Source: Bacteroidota bacterium
Lineage (GTDB): Bacteria; Bacteroidota; Bacteroidia; Bacteroidales; JBHOTF01
Direction of reading: 5' to 3'
NCBI GenBank assembly: GCA_042584005.1
Contig: JBHOTF010000008.1
Span: 27 to 64,026 of the forward strand
DNA length: 64,000 bases
Positions 1-10,447 of the stretch are shown here, in pieces. The position numbers were made by a program, and so were the translations under genes. Position 1 is the stretch's first letter, and each line of letters starts with the position of its first letter. The notes under the pieces are model-generated. The model made no database searches. It was not told the DNA's origin and was given only the letters and a program-made list of their open reading frames with translations.

Positions 1-141
1 CCTATATAGTAGTAAATTCAAGGATTATAGCTCTCAAGAAGAACATTGTAATTTGAAAAAGAATAGCTCCGAATTTGGCAACTAAAACATACCACAAACC
101 GTTAGCAAACATAGAAATACCACATTTTAAACTATATATTT

Positions 142-999
142 ATGAAAAAAAATTATCTTTTATTTATCTTCCTATTAAGCCTTTGTAATGTAAAAGGCCA
201 GAACTTTGAAAATAATGAAACCTACATTGGTCCAGCAAATGGGACTTTGGTTATTGTAGGAGGAGCAATGAAAAGTGATGTGATAATTAATCGTTTTATT
301 GAATTAGCTGGAGGCATTGATGCTCCGATTGTTGTTATTCCGACTGCCAGTGGTAATAAAAGTTATAATGAAAATTCTGGTTTTGCAGGAATATTAAGAA
401 AACGAGGGGCTAACAATGTAACTGTTCTACATACGGCCGATAAGAAAATCGCTAACTCCGATTCTTTTGTAAAGCCGTTAATTAAAGCCAATGGAGTCTG
501 GTTTGGTGGCGGAAGACAGTGGAGACTTGTTGATTCTTATAAAAACACCTTGACTGAAGTAATGATTGGGAAGGTTTTAGAACGAGGTGGGGTGATTGGA
601 GGTTCTTCCGCTGGTGCTACAATACAAGGAAGTTACCTGGCACGCGGAGACACTCAAAATAATCAGGTTATGATGGGAGACCATCAGGAAGGATTTAGCT
701 TCTTGAAGAATGTAGCGATTGATCAACATGTTTTGGCACGAAATCGACAATTTGATATGTTTGATATTTTAAAGAAACACCCTGAATTATTAGGTATTGG
801 TATTGATGAAAATACAGCCATCATTGTTCAAGGTAATCAATTTGAGGTAGTTGGTGAAAACTATGTACTTGTTTATGATGGTACATTTTGGTCTCGTGAA
901 GGAAGCGATTTAAAGAATCTACCTGAAAAAACTAACATATTTTATTTTCTGCGTAATGGAGATAAATATGATCTTTTCAATAGAAAGGTCAAACAATAA
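142..999 (+). CDS. Secreted cyanophycinase (peptidase S51)
   Basis: Signal peptide; LVIVGG, IPTAS, WFGGGRQ, nucleophile GGSSAGA and IDQH motifs typical of CphB/CphE-like S51 enzymes. Confidence 0.85.
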   Translation: MKKNYLLFIFLLSLCNVKGQNFENNETYIGPANGTLVIVGGAMKSDVIINRFIELAGGIDAPIVVIPTASGNKSYNENSGFAGILRKRGANNVTVLHTADKKIANSDSFVKPLIKANGVWFGGGRQWRLVDSYKNTLTEVMIGKVLERGGVIGGSSAGATIQGSYLARGDTQNNQVMMGDHQEGFSFLKNVAIDQHVLARNRQFDMFDILKKHPELLGIGIDENTAIIVQGNQFEVVGENYVLVYDGTFWSREGSDLKNLPEKTNIFYFLRNGDKYDLFNRKVKQ

Positions 1000-1131
1000 C
1001 ATTTATTGTTATACTATTTATTAAGCTGATCCTAAATCTTAAAATTGCTCATTGGTGGATTAAATATTTTTGGTGGATACCTTTACCATATGGAACAGAA
1101 AGTTTTACAATGATTTTTCGACAAAATAATT

Positions 1132-1139
1132 TATTTTTG
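1132..1139 (+). promoter_or_regulatory. Bacteroidota -7 promoter box (TAnnTTTG)
   Basis: TATTTTTG about 25 nt upstream of the ATG at 1164. Confidence 0.5.
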
Positions 1140-1163
1140 CTTTTTTAATAAACAAATATTATA

Positions 1164-3062
1164 ATGAAAAAGTCAATATTCAATAACATTAGAACCCTGT
1201 TTGTTTTTGCTGTCCTGGTTGTATTATCAATTATATTTATAAAATGCCAGGAATCCAATATTCAAGACAAGAAAACTTTTGAAGTTCAAAGTGTAAATTT
1301 TGGTGAGTTGGGATGGGGTAAGAATAGCCTTACAATTAAAGCCAGGAACCTCGTAATGGAAGCTCGCAAATTATATATTACAATAAATACATGTTATCTC
1401 AATGGTGATCGATTATCACCTCTTCAAACCACTATTTCATTTGATTTCGATCCAAAGGAAGAAAAAGAAATTTCCAGGTATTTTTATATTCGTCCTGATC
1501 ATGGCACATTAGAGATTAGCCTCGAAATTAAATCTGAGAGCAAAACCAAACTTCGTGAGACCATCCACTTTAAAAAATATATAGCTGAATTTGAGGCCCC
1601 TAACAGCAAAATCAATCAATTGGAATTTCCATATCCGGAAAAAATAGGATTTGAAAGGGCTGTATTTCCTGCTTTTAATTTTAGCACCAGCGAGCATTTT
1701 ATTTTTTATTATTTACCCTATTCAGAAGTAGAAAAGAATATGAATAATATCCTATCTGACTGGGAGAAGAATTTTAATGAATTACAAACCAAATTTAATA
1801 CCAATATAACAGAAAAAATTAAAGTGTTTATACTTCCTGACAGTATCAGTTCAATGATGACCCTATTGCATCCTGGAGGAAGGCTTATTTCAAAGAATAC
1901 TATTATATTAACCAATGGAATGAACTATGATTCAAAAAAAGAACTGAGTGCTCTTTTTAATATTTCTTCCTTAATTGCATACAGAAATTCAGATTTTTGG
2001 GCGATAACCGGCGGTTATGGGAGTGATGGGATGAACTATAGACCAGAGAGGCTCAAAGTAGTTCTTGGGCTGTATGAAGGATTAACAATTAATGAGATTA
2101 TTGACAGAATGGATATGTCAGAGAACCAGGTCCTTGAAGCAATTCATGAATTGGAAAATAATTCCATTATAAAAAAAGAGAATGGAAAGTACAAACCTGA
2201 TTTTTTAATTCTTACTAAAAAAGAACTTCAAAGCTTACTTCCTAAAATTGACATCGACGCTAAAGTCTTAGCAGGATTAATCGAAAAAAAATGGTCAAAG
2301 GTGAAGAGAACATATAAGCAATTGAGTTTTGCGGACATATTCCCAATTGAAAGAACAGGATTTAATCTTATAGGTTCTATATTCCTTGAAAGTGGTATGA
2401 TTGATATGTTTTTTAAAGACCGGACTCTTATGTCTCCTTATCCAAAACGCCCCATCAAGGATGATTCAACCACATTCAATAAAAGTCGATTTTATTGCTT
2501 TTTAATGGAGGGTCGGGAATTTCCCAAACAGTTGTATGGATTAAATGGTGTTGGTGGTATCGACAAACCCAAATTTATTACATATGGTAAATATGCTATA
2601 AATCTTCCCCGAAGTAATTTTGATAGAAATTTAAGAATACTATTAAGAATTTGTGGAAACAAGGATAAATTTGTGAATGATTTCCTTCCGGAATATCAAA
2701 ACAAAATAAGAAATAATAAGGACACTATCTCTGTGACTTTAATGGATTCTCTCATTAAGGATTTTCCTTACAGAATTCCCAAATATACAAATTCAGACAT
2801 GATAAAGGTTAACCAGTTTGTTTCAGACCTGGGTTCAGATGTCTTGGAATATTTTAAGAAAAATAAAAATGATCTTGAATCAATCTTTCGATCATTTAAA
2901 GGGAATGAATTTACAAGTTTCTCTGAATTCTTCTATTTTTACTATCACTTTGTTTTTGCCAGTGCAACGAATTATGCTGCAGATCGCGGACTATTCAAAA
3001 TACCCGAATACACATTTGATTATTGGATGCAAGATGATCCTATAAGAAATCTTGTTTTCTAA
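1164..3062 (+). CDS. Hypothetical protein, putative lipoprotein with an internal winged-helix-like segment
   Basis: 632-aa ORF; hydrophobic N-terminus ending in Cys; segment LTINEIIDRMDMSENQVLEAIHELENNSIIKKENGKY looks like a wHTH. Confidence 0.6.
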   Translation: MKKSIFNNIRTLFVFAVLVVLSIIFIKCQESNIQDKKTFEVQSVNFGELGWGKNSLTIKARNLVMEARKLYITINTCYLNGDRLSPLQTTISFDFDPKEEKEISRYFYIRPDHGTLEISLEIKSESKTKLRETIHFKKYIAEFEAPNSKINQLEFPYPEKIGFERAVFPAFNFSTSEHFIFYYLPYSEVEKNMNNILSDWEKNFNELQTKFNTNITEKIKVFILPDSISSMMTLLHPGGRLISKNTIILTNGMNYDSKKELSALFNISSLIAYRNSDFWAITGGYGSDGMNYRPERLKVVLGLYEGLTINEIIDRMDMSENQVLEAIHELENNSIIKKENGKYKPDFLILTKKELQSLLPKIDIDAKVLAGLIEKKWSKVKRTYKQLSFADIFPIERTGFNLIGSIFLESGMIDMFFKDRTLMSPYPKRPIKDDSTTFNKSRFYCFLMEGREFPKQLYGLNGVGGIDKPKFITYGKYAINLPRSNFDRNLRILLRICGNKDKFVNDFLPEYQNKIRNNKDTISVTLMDSLIKDFPYRIPKYTNSDMIKVNQFVSDLGSDVLEYFKKNKNDLESIFRSFKGNEFTSFSEFFYFYYHFVFASATNYAADRGLFKIPEYTFDYWMQDDPIRNLVF

Positions 3063-3212
3063 ACAGATTATTTTATATCGCTCAGAAAATGAGGTAATAA
3101 GAAATATAGAAATGTAAATAATAATGAACAGTTATTTACAGAAAAGCTGCCACCTGATCCTTCCCGGAAGTTAAAAGAGCTAATGAGCTGCCGAGCTATA
3201 TGAGACTAGTTT

Positions 3213-5552
3213 CTATTCATATTTTATAACTTCAGCCGGTGTTTTCTTCACTGTTCGATATACTCCGCTAAATGAGGTTATTATGGATATTAAGATTACA
3301 ATAATACCTGAAAATATAAATAATGACCAATCAATTTTTGCATGGTATGCAAAATTCTGCAACCATTTTGACATTAAGAAATAAGAAACTGGTATAGCAA
3401 TAATAATTGAAATGGACATTAACTTGATCATGTCTTTGTTAATCAGATAAATAATATTAGCAAAATTCGCCCCGGTAACTTTTCGAATTGCAAACTCTTT
3501 TGATCGTTGCTCTACAGAAAATGTTGCAAGGCCATAAATTCCCAGGCAGGAAATTAATAGGGCAAGGAGAGAGAAAAATCCTATTATGAGGCTTAAGTTT
3601 TTATCAGCTTTATAAAGTTTTTCTAATTCATCTTCAACAAAAGTATAGCTAAAAGGAAAATCAGAAACAGATTCATAATATATTTCTTTTATATAATCTA
3701 TTATTTCAGTTTTATTTTCCGAAGAGAACTTCACGTAAATAAATCTTAAATTTCTATAATTAGCAGGATTAATATTAAAAACATGTGGCAAAATTTCTCT
3801 GTGCATGGAAACATGGTGATAGTCTTTAACCACACCGATAATTTCACCGGTTTTACCCCACATAGTTAATTCTTTACCTATAGGATCATCAAACCTCATT
3901 AATTCAACCGCAGTTTCATTAATGATGAATTTATTCATATCCGCTTGAATGTCTTCTGAAAAACTCCTCCCATTAACTATCTCTATTTCAAAAGTTTCAA
4001 TGTAATTAGGAAGACATATTGAATATCTGAACAACCTGTCAGTATCTTCATCACGTTCTACCCAATCGAGATTTGTTTTAAAATCTTCGTTAAAAGGGCC
4101 TGCTTGTCCTACTGTAACTGCTGTAATATTTGAGTGCTTATTCAGTAATTGAATGAAAGTATTAAAATTTCGTGATATTCCGTCATTAATAGGAATCCTG
4201 ACAATATTGTTGACATTAAATCCCAAATCATAGTTATTTACATACTTGAGTTGTTTTAGTACTACCAGAGTTGAAGTAAGAAGTATGATTGAAATTGTAA
4301 ATTGAAAAATTACAGTAATAATAATAAATCTTGATCTTTTTGTTTTTTGTAATGCTGCCATTCTTAAAACTTTCGCAGGGTTTCCTCTGGTAAAAACCAT
4401 TGATGGATATATGCTTGCTAAAAAGCTTAATAAAAAAACAATTCCAAGAAGAATCGGTAAAACTATTACACTATCCAAATAGCCTATCTCAATTTTTCTG
4501 CCAAGTAAATCTTTAAGGAAAGGTAAAGTAAATTCAGCAAGTAATAATGCCAGAATAAGGGCAATAAAAGTTTGAAGTATGGTTTCAAGAAAAAGAAAAT
4601 TATTTAATTGATTTCTTTTCGCTCCAACAACTTTTCTTAAACCCATCTCTCTTATCCTTCTTGAAAAATTAGATGTAGAAAGATTCATATGGTTAACAGC
4701 CGCAATAAAAAGTATCAAAATGGCTACAAAGGAAAATATTAAAACATTAGTTTTATTCCCAAATGTTAAATGGACTTTTTTTATTGACAAGAATTTTATT
4801 GGTAAGGGATCCTTAACATGAAAGGGAGAACTATTTATAATAAAGTCAACAAGACCGGATTCCAGTTTATTTATATCAGAATCTGGATGAAGTAAAACAT
4901 AGGAAGGATCACGCCAATTCCAGTTTTCATCCAGTTTTGTGTTATTTAACAGAAAAAAATCGTATTGAAATTCAGTATTTGAGGGAATATTTACAACAGC
5001 TGTAATTGTTAACTCCCTGCTGTTATTCATAAGGATATTTTTTCCTGTCGGATCCTGTTCAGGGAAGTACTTTTTCGCTATTCTACTACTTATAACCACC
5101 GAATTTGGTTGCTCCAGAGCAATTATATTGTTGCCGGAAGAAAAATCAAATGAAAACATTTTGAAGAAACCTGAATCAACCATAACTACATCCGTTTCAT
5201 AGGCCATAGTATTAATAGGATCATCCAAATCAAAAATGAAGGAGGAACTTAACTGGGTTGATAATCGTATTACTCTGGAATAATTAAGAATTTCAGGTAA
5301 TATTTCATTGAGCATTGGGGCTACAGCATAAGGTGTATTTGGATCAAGTATTCCTGAGGAATGTTTAATTGTTAGCTGATAAAGGTTGTTTTTCTGAACA
5401 AAGGACTTGTTAAAGGATAATTCAGAAGATACCCAACTGAATACTAATATAAAGCTCCAAAAGCTTATTGTAAGTCCTGTTAAATTTATAAATGAAAATC
5501 GTTTATTCTTTAACAGAATCCGTAATGATTGTCTAATATAAGATTTGAACAT
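3213..5552 (-). CDS. ABC transporter permease, MacB/FtsX family
   Basis: Duplicated MacB periplasmic + FtsX architecture (REMGLRKVVGA, KEFAIRKVTGA); start moved from the TTG at 5585 to the ATG of MFKSY at 5552. Confidence 0.9.
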   Translation of the reverse strand: MFKSYIRQSLRILLKNKRFSFINLTGLTISFWSFILVFSWVSSELSFNKSFVQKNNLYQLTIKHSSGILDPNTPYAVAPMLNEILPEILNYSRVIRLSTQLSSSFIFDLDDPINTMAYETDVVMVDSGFFKMFSFDFSSGNNIIALEQPNSVVISSRIAKKYFPEQDPTGKNILMNNSRELTITAVVNIPSNTEFQYDFFLLNNTKLDENWNWRDPSYVLLHPDSDINKLESGLVDFIINSSPFHVKDPLPIKFLSIKKVHLTFGNKTNVLIFSFVAILILFIAAVNHMNLSTSNFSRRIREMGLRKVVGAKRNQLNNFLFLETILQTFIALILALLLAEFTLPFLKDLLGRKIEIGYLDSVIVLPILLGIVFLLSFLASIYPSMVFTRGNPAKVLRMAALQKTKRSRFIIITVIFQFTISIILLTSTLVVLKQLKYVNNYDLGFNVNNIVRIPINDGISRNFNTFIQLLNKHSNITAVTVGQAGPFNEDFKTNLDWVERDEDTDRLFRYSICLPNYIETFEIEIVNGRSFSEDIQADMNKFIINETAVELMRFDDPIGKELTMWGKTGEIIGVVKDYHHVSMHREILPHVFNINPANYRNLRFIYVKFSSENKTEIIDYIKEIYYESVSDFPFSYTFVEDELEKLYKADKNLSLIIGFFSLLALLISCLGIYGLATFSVEQRSKEFAIRKVTGANFANIIYLINKDMIKLMSISIIIAIPVSYFLMSKWLQNFAYHAKIDWSLFIFSGIIVILISIITSFSGVYRTVKKTPAEVIKYE

Positions 5553-5578
5553 AATAATTGAATTTTTTTTATTCTTAT

Positions 5579-5695
5579 TCAACAATTATGCCTTCTTGAC
5601 TAATTGCCATACTATCATATATTTACAAATATAAAGAAATAAAATACAAACTAAATTATGACCAATATTTGCACAGTATGTATAAATTTTGTACA
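5579..5695 (-). promoter_or_regulatory. Putative sigma54 -24/-12 element plus two enhancer-like boxes
   Basis: Minus-strand AGGCATAATTGTTGA (5593-5579) has GG-N10-G spacing; 17-bp boxes TGACCAATATTTGCACA (5659-5675) and TGTATAAATTTTGTACA (5679-5695). Confidence 0.4.
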
Positions 5696-5720
5696 TTTAT
5701 TTGATTTAAATTGAGTCCAA

Positions 5721-7088
5721 ATGAAAGAAGGAAGTATTTTGATTATTGATGACAATCAAAATGTATTAACTGCACTTAATCAATTCCTCGAAACGGAAAT
5801 TGAAAAAATATTTACTCTTCAGCAACCTGAAACTATTCCTGATATACTTAAATCTAACTCGGTTGATGTGATTTTGATGGATATGAATTTTACCCCTGGA
5901 AAAAGTGAAGGAGAAGAGGGAATTTTTTGGCTGGATAAGATATTATCTTTAGATTCTGAAGCTGTTGTAATATTATTTACTGCCTATGGAGAATTTGATC
6001 TGGCTGTAAAAGCAATTAAAAAAGGCGCAATTGATTTTATTGTAAAACCTTGGGATAATGCAAAGTTACTGGCCACCATTAAAAGTGGAATAAAATTGAG
6101 AAAATCCCGACAAGATATTCAACAATTAAAAAATAAGCAAAAACACTTAAACTGGTACATTGACGAACAACAAAATAATCTTATAGGTGATTCTCTGGCA
6201 ATGAAAAAGGTTTTCAAAACCATTAATAAAGTTGCCAAAACAGATTCAAATGTATTAATTCTTGGCGAAAATGGTACTGGAAAAGAATTAATAGCCCGCG
6301 AAATACATAAACAATCATTACGGGCAGATGAGGTTTTTATTCATGTTGACATGGGTGCTATGACCGAAAGCCTATTCGAAAGTGAATTATTTGGTCATGT
6401 TAAAGGTGCTTTCACCGATGCTATAACCGACAAACCCGGACGGTTTGAAATAGCCTCAGGTGGAACATTATTTCTTGATGAGATTGGAAATATTCCTCCT
6501 GCTTTACAAGCCAAATTGTTAAATGTTCTCCAAAACCGACAGGTATATAGAATAGGATCGAATAAACAGGTATTTATTAATATTCGTCTTATTTGTGCCA
6601 CTAATAAGGATCCTGAGAAATTAATTGAACAAAAACTCTTCAGAGAAGACTTATATTACAGGATAAACACTATTGAGATTGAGGCTCCTCCTTTGAGAGA
6701 ACGGGGAAGGGACATTGTTTTACTTGCTGATTTTTTTCTGGAAAAATTTACTAAAAAATATAATAAACCAGATCTCAGATTTACCGGTGAAGCTTATGTT
6801 TTTTTACAGAATCAATTATGGCAGGGAAATATCAGGCAATTACAAAATGTAATCGAAAAATCTGTAATATTATCAGATGATAATTTTATAAGACCGGAAG
6901 AAATATCTCCGGGCTCAAGAGCAGTTTTTATACCGGGTAAAAGTAAATCGCATAATTTTAACGACATAGAAAAATCTGTTATAATTAATGCTTTGAATGA
7001 GTATGGAGGAAATGTATCTAAAACTGCACGAGAATTAGGTGTTTCCCGTTCAACAATTTATAATAAAAAATCAAAATATAAATTTTAG
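5721..7088 (+). CDS. Sigma54-dependent response regulator (NtrC family: REC-AAA+-Fis HTH)
   Basis: REC (IIDD, LMDMNF), Walker A GENGTGKE, GAFTDA loop, LFLDEIG, C-terminal HTH. Confidence 0.95.
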   Translation: MKEGSILIIDDNQNVLTALNQFLETEIEKIFTLQQPETIPDILKSNSVDVILMDMNFTPGKSEGEEGIFWLDKILSLDSEAVVILFTAYGEFDLAVKAIKKGAIDFIVKPWDNAKLLATIKSGIKLRKSRQDIQQLKNKQKHLNWYIDEQQNNLIGDSLAMKKVFKTINKVAKTDSNVLILGENGTGKELIAREIHKQSLRADEVFIHVDMGAMTESLFESELFGHVKGAFTDAITDKPGRFEIASGGTLFLDEIGNIPPALQAKLLNVLQNRQVYRIGSNKQVFINIRLICATNKDPEKLIEQKLFREDLYYRINTIEIEAPPLRERGRDIVLLADFFLEKFTKKYNKPDLRFTGEAYVFLQNQLWQGNIRQLQNVIEKSVILSDDNFIRPEEISPGSRAVFIPGKSKSHNFNDIEKSVIINALNEYGGNVSKTARELGVSRSTIYNKKSKYKF

Positions 7089-7092
7089 TAAA

Positions 7093-8472
7093 ATGTCTGG
7101 AAGAATCTTTTATTTAAAAGTATTAATTCGCACACTATTAATTATCATAACTGGATTATTGATAGTTCTTTCATTTGGAGTATTAGGACGGGAAAAAATA
7201 TTCACTCTTATTGTTGGGATTTTTTTGATTCTGATCCAAACTTATATGTTAACAAGGTTTGTAAATAAGATTAATAAAATTCTGATACAATTTATTGAGT
7301 CAATTGATTTAAATAAATCCGCTGATTTTCAGTTGAGTAGCACTGACAAGATATTTTCTGAACTACGGAAAAGCCTTAATCTGATACATAGCAGGGTGAG
7401 AAAGGGAAGAATGGAGGTTGAAAAGCAGAGTATATTACTTGACACAGTAGTAAATTCAATTGATACAGGATTAATTTCCTTTAACAAGGATGGGGATATT
7501 ATTTTTATTAATCAATTAGCCAGAACTATATTAGAAAATAATAATATTCGGAAATTATCAGAAGTGCAAAAAACCAGGCCTGAATTATATAAAGCATTTG
7601 TTAATCTTAAACCAGATAAACCTGTATTGTTTAAAACCTATAATAAAGGCAATTCCTTTTCTAATATTGAAAAAAGACAAAGTTTTTCTTTAAGATTAAA
7701 AAGCATAATTATAGATTCCCAGCTTTATAATATTATTTCTCTGCAAAATATTTTTGAGGAAATTGAAAAAAATGAATTGGAATCATGGCAAAAGTTAATT
7801 CGTATCCTTACTCATGAAATTATGAATGCCGTAAGCCCGATACTTTCTTTGGTATCTACTTTGAAAAATTACTTTACACATTCTGAATCAGGATCACAAA
7901 AATCTAATACTGAACTGAATAATGAAATTATTAATAAAACAATTAATGGTCTTCAAACTATTGAAGTAACTGGCGGAGGTCTTATTCATTTTGTTAATGA
8001 ATATAAAAGATTATCCGGTTTGCCTAAACCACAAATGAAGATATTTAATTTAGGAGAATTACTAAACCATATAGTTACATTAATGGATTCCGATATCAGG
8101 CATTTTGATATTAATCTAAACCTGACAATCAGTCCTGAAAATATTAATCTACTTGCTGATAAAACCCAGATTGAGCAGGTTTTAATCAATCTGTTTAAAA
8201 ATTCAATTGAGGCCTTAAAACAAAAAACAAAAAAGAGTATAAATTTAACTGCAGAGATAATAAATGAAAGAGTTGTTATACAAGTAGAAGATAATGGTGA
8301 AGGTATGAGCCCTGAAACTATAGATAAAATTTTTATTCCCTTTTTTACCACCAGGGAAAAAGGATCAGGAATCGGCTTAAGCCTGACAAGACAAATAATG
8401 CGTAATCATGACGGATTTATCCAGGTAAATTCTGTTAAAAATGAAAAGACAGTATTCTCATTGCATTTTTAA
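7093..8472 (+). CDS. Membrane sensor histidine kinase (NtrY-like)
   Basis: Two TM helices, PAS-like region, H-box LTHEIMN, N-box, DNGEG, GSGIGL; start at ATG 7093 just after the regulator stop. Confidence 0.92.
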   Translation: MSGRIFYLKVLIRTLLIIITGLLIVLSFGVLGREKIFTLIVGIFLILIQTYMLTRFVNKINKILIQFIESIDLNKSADFQLSSTDKIFSELRKSLNLIHSRVRKGRMEVEKQSILLDTVVNSIDTGLISFNKDGDIIFINQLARTILENNNIRKLSEVQKTRPELYKAFVNLKPDKPVLFKTYNKGNSFSNIEKRQSFSLRLKSIIIDSQLYNIISLQNIFEEIEKNELESWQKLIRILTHEIMNAVSPILSLVSTLKNYFTHSESGSQKSNTELNNEIINKTINGLQTIEVTGGGLIHFVNEYKRLSGLPKPQMKIFNLGELLNHIVTLMDSDIRHFDINLNLTISPENINLLADKTQIEQVLINLFKNSIEALKQKTKKSINLTAEIINERVVIQVEDNGEGMSPETIDKIFIPFFTTREKGSGIGLSLTRQIMRNHDGFIQVNSVKNEKTVFSLHF

Positions 8473-8556
8473 CGATATATTAACGTTACATTAACCAAAG
8501 ATCTTTTATAAATGACTTAATTTTGTTCTATTCATTAAATACTGGAATTTAATAAT

Positions 8557-9228
8557 ATGAATAAACTAAATAATCTTTTCTTATTTGGATTAACAAATCT
8601 GTTTATCTGGTTTATTTCATCTTCTGTTTTTTGCCAAACAAATACTTCAAATAATTTCTATGATAAGGATGAGAGATGGGCTGAAAATCTTCGTAGAGAT
8701 ACTTTAGATAATCTTGTACACCTTAAGGTTATGGATCTGCTTGGTGTTACTCCTGAAATGAAAATTGGTGAAGCTGGTGCCGGTGATGGATATTTCACTT
8801 TTCACTTATCAAAACGGATAGGCAAGGGTGGTATTATTTACGCCAACGATATTCATGAGAACTCACTCAAAGCACTAAAATATTATGCAAAAGAATTTAA
8901 TGTTTTAAATAATATAACTACTATTATCGGCAAAGTTGATGATCCATGTTTTCCACAAAAGAATCTGGATTTGATTGTAATATATGGAAGTTTTCATGAT
9001 TTTGAAAAGCGATATGAATGGCTTATTAATGCCCGTAAATATTTAAAACCTGGTGGCAAACTTGCAATATTCGACGGCTATTATCCCGATCATGGTGGAT
9101 TGACAAAAAAAATAGTTAATAATCTGGGTAAAAAAGCCGGATTTAGATTATTATTATATAAGAATTGTTCTGTCACTGTAAAAAACAGATACCGGTCAAA
9201 TCATCTTCATATTTTTATAAAAGATTGA
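8557..9228 (+). CDS. Class I SAM-dependent methyltransferase with signal-peptide-like N-terminus
   Basis: EAGAGDG motif I, YANDI, LKPGG. Confidence 0.8.
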   Translation: MNKLNNLFLFGLTNLFIWFISSSVFCQTNTSNNFYDKDERWAENLRRDTLDNLVHLKVMDLLGVTPEMKIGEAGAGDGYFTFHLSKRIGKGGIIYANDIHENSLKALKYYAKEFNVLNNITTIIGKVDDPCFPQKNLDLIVIYGSFHDFEKRYEWLINARKYLKPGGKLAIFDGYYPDHGGLTKKIVNNLGKKAGFRLLLYKNCSVTVKNRYRSNHLHIFIKD

Positions 9229-9238
9229 TACCACACCC

Positions 9239-9342
9239 ACCACTTAACCAATACACCAATACACTACTTTACCAATAAACCTCTTAACCTCTCAACCAAT
9301 CCACCAATCCACCAATACACCAATACACCACTCCACCAATTC
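9239..9342. repeat. Degenerate 8-bp tandem repeat (ACCAATAC consensus), 13 units
   Basis: accactta accaatac accaatac actacttt accaataa acctctta acctctca accaatcc accaatcc accaatac accaatac accactcc accaattc between convergent genes. Confidence 0.9.
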
Positions 9343-9356
9343 GCATTTTCATTGTT

Positions 9357-10364
9357 TTATGGTTTCTTCCAGATTGTTTTTATATAAAACTGAGAGCTGT
9401 AACTTCCTCCTTCCAAATTTTCTTCACCTGCATAGTTGGTTACATTGTCAGCATTAACCGATGCTGCAACACGATAATTGCCAATTTTAAGTGTAAATTT
9501 TTGTTTTTGCTGTGGCAATAAGACTACCTTTTTACTTTCAATGCCACTGTATCGAACAGTAAGTGTATAACTTGTATTATTAAAAACTTCAATATCATTT
9601 ACAGTTGAACGGATGTATCTGTCAGAGGTTTTACTCATAGGTGGTAAGATGCCATGATCGCCTTCGAAAATTGCATCAACTTCTAAATCTATTATCTTCT
9701 TTTTCGCAATTAAAGTGTATGATGAATTTGGAAATTTATTGATAAATTGTGTGTATGCTTCAGGAGTATTTTCTTCAATTGCTTTATTCCATTCAGTTAT
9801 TACAGCTTCCAATTGTTTGATTTTATCTTTAGCTTTTAAATTATGTTTTCCATATGGAAAATTCGAAATATAAGCCTGGTAAGCTGATATAATACCCTGA
9901 TTTTCTGCCTCATTCCACGCTATATCTTCCTTTATTTCCTGGATTTTATTTTTAGCGTCAAAAACATATTTTGAATTGGGATAACTAGTAAGAAAGTTCT
10001 CGTATCCATGAATAGCATTTAAATTTATTGCTTTTGTCCAGGCTTGTTGTGCTTCAATTTCAGAAATATTCTTTTGTGCCTGTAAATTGTATTTGCTATC
10101 AGGATATTTCGTTGTAAAATCGTTATATATAGATATAGTATTGGAAGATTTTGCGTTTTCCCAATCTTTTTTTTCATATAAAATAAGAAGTTCCTGCTTA
10201 ACAATCTCTGAATATTTTTTTTTCGGAAATTTGACTAAGTAGTTTTCATATGCAGTTATTGAATTTATCGATTTTGCTTCTTTATAATTCTTTGATACTG
10301 CACAGCTTGTTAAAAGAAGTATGATCAAAAAAGTTAAGTAGTAAATGGTTTTCCCTGTCTTCAT
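9357..10364 (-). CDS. Lipoprotein with about 37-aa helical repeats and a C-terminal beta domain
   Basis: Lipobox LTSC; repeated W..A...N.I.AY..F...YP.S.Y...A units. Confidence 0.75.
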   Translation of the reverse strand: MKTGKTIYYLTFLIILLLTSCAVSKNYKEAKSINSITAYENYLVKFPKKKYSEIVKQELLILYEKKDWENAKSSNTISIYNDFTTKYPDSKYNLQAQKNISEIEAQQAWTKAINLNAIHGYENFLTSYPNSKYVFDAKNKIQEIKEDIAWNEAENQGIISAYQAYISNFPYGKHNLKAKDKIKQLEAVITEWNKAIEENTPEAYTQFINKFPNSSYTLIAKKKIIDLEVDAIFEGDHGILPPMSKTSDRYIRSTVNDIEVFNNTSYTLTVRYSGIESKKVVLLPQQKQKFTLKIGNYRVAASVNADNVTNYAGEENLEGGSYSSQFYIKTIWKKP

Positions 10365-10447
10365 TTTCTTTTCTTTTAATAAATAGAACTTCTATAAATT
10401 ATTTTAACCTAATGCAAAAGCCAAAAAGCAAATCTGACTTACATCTG

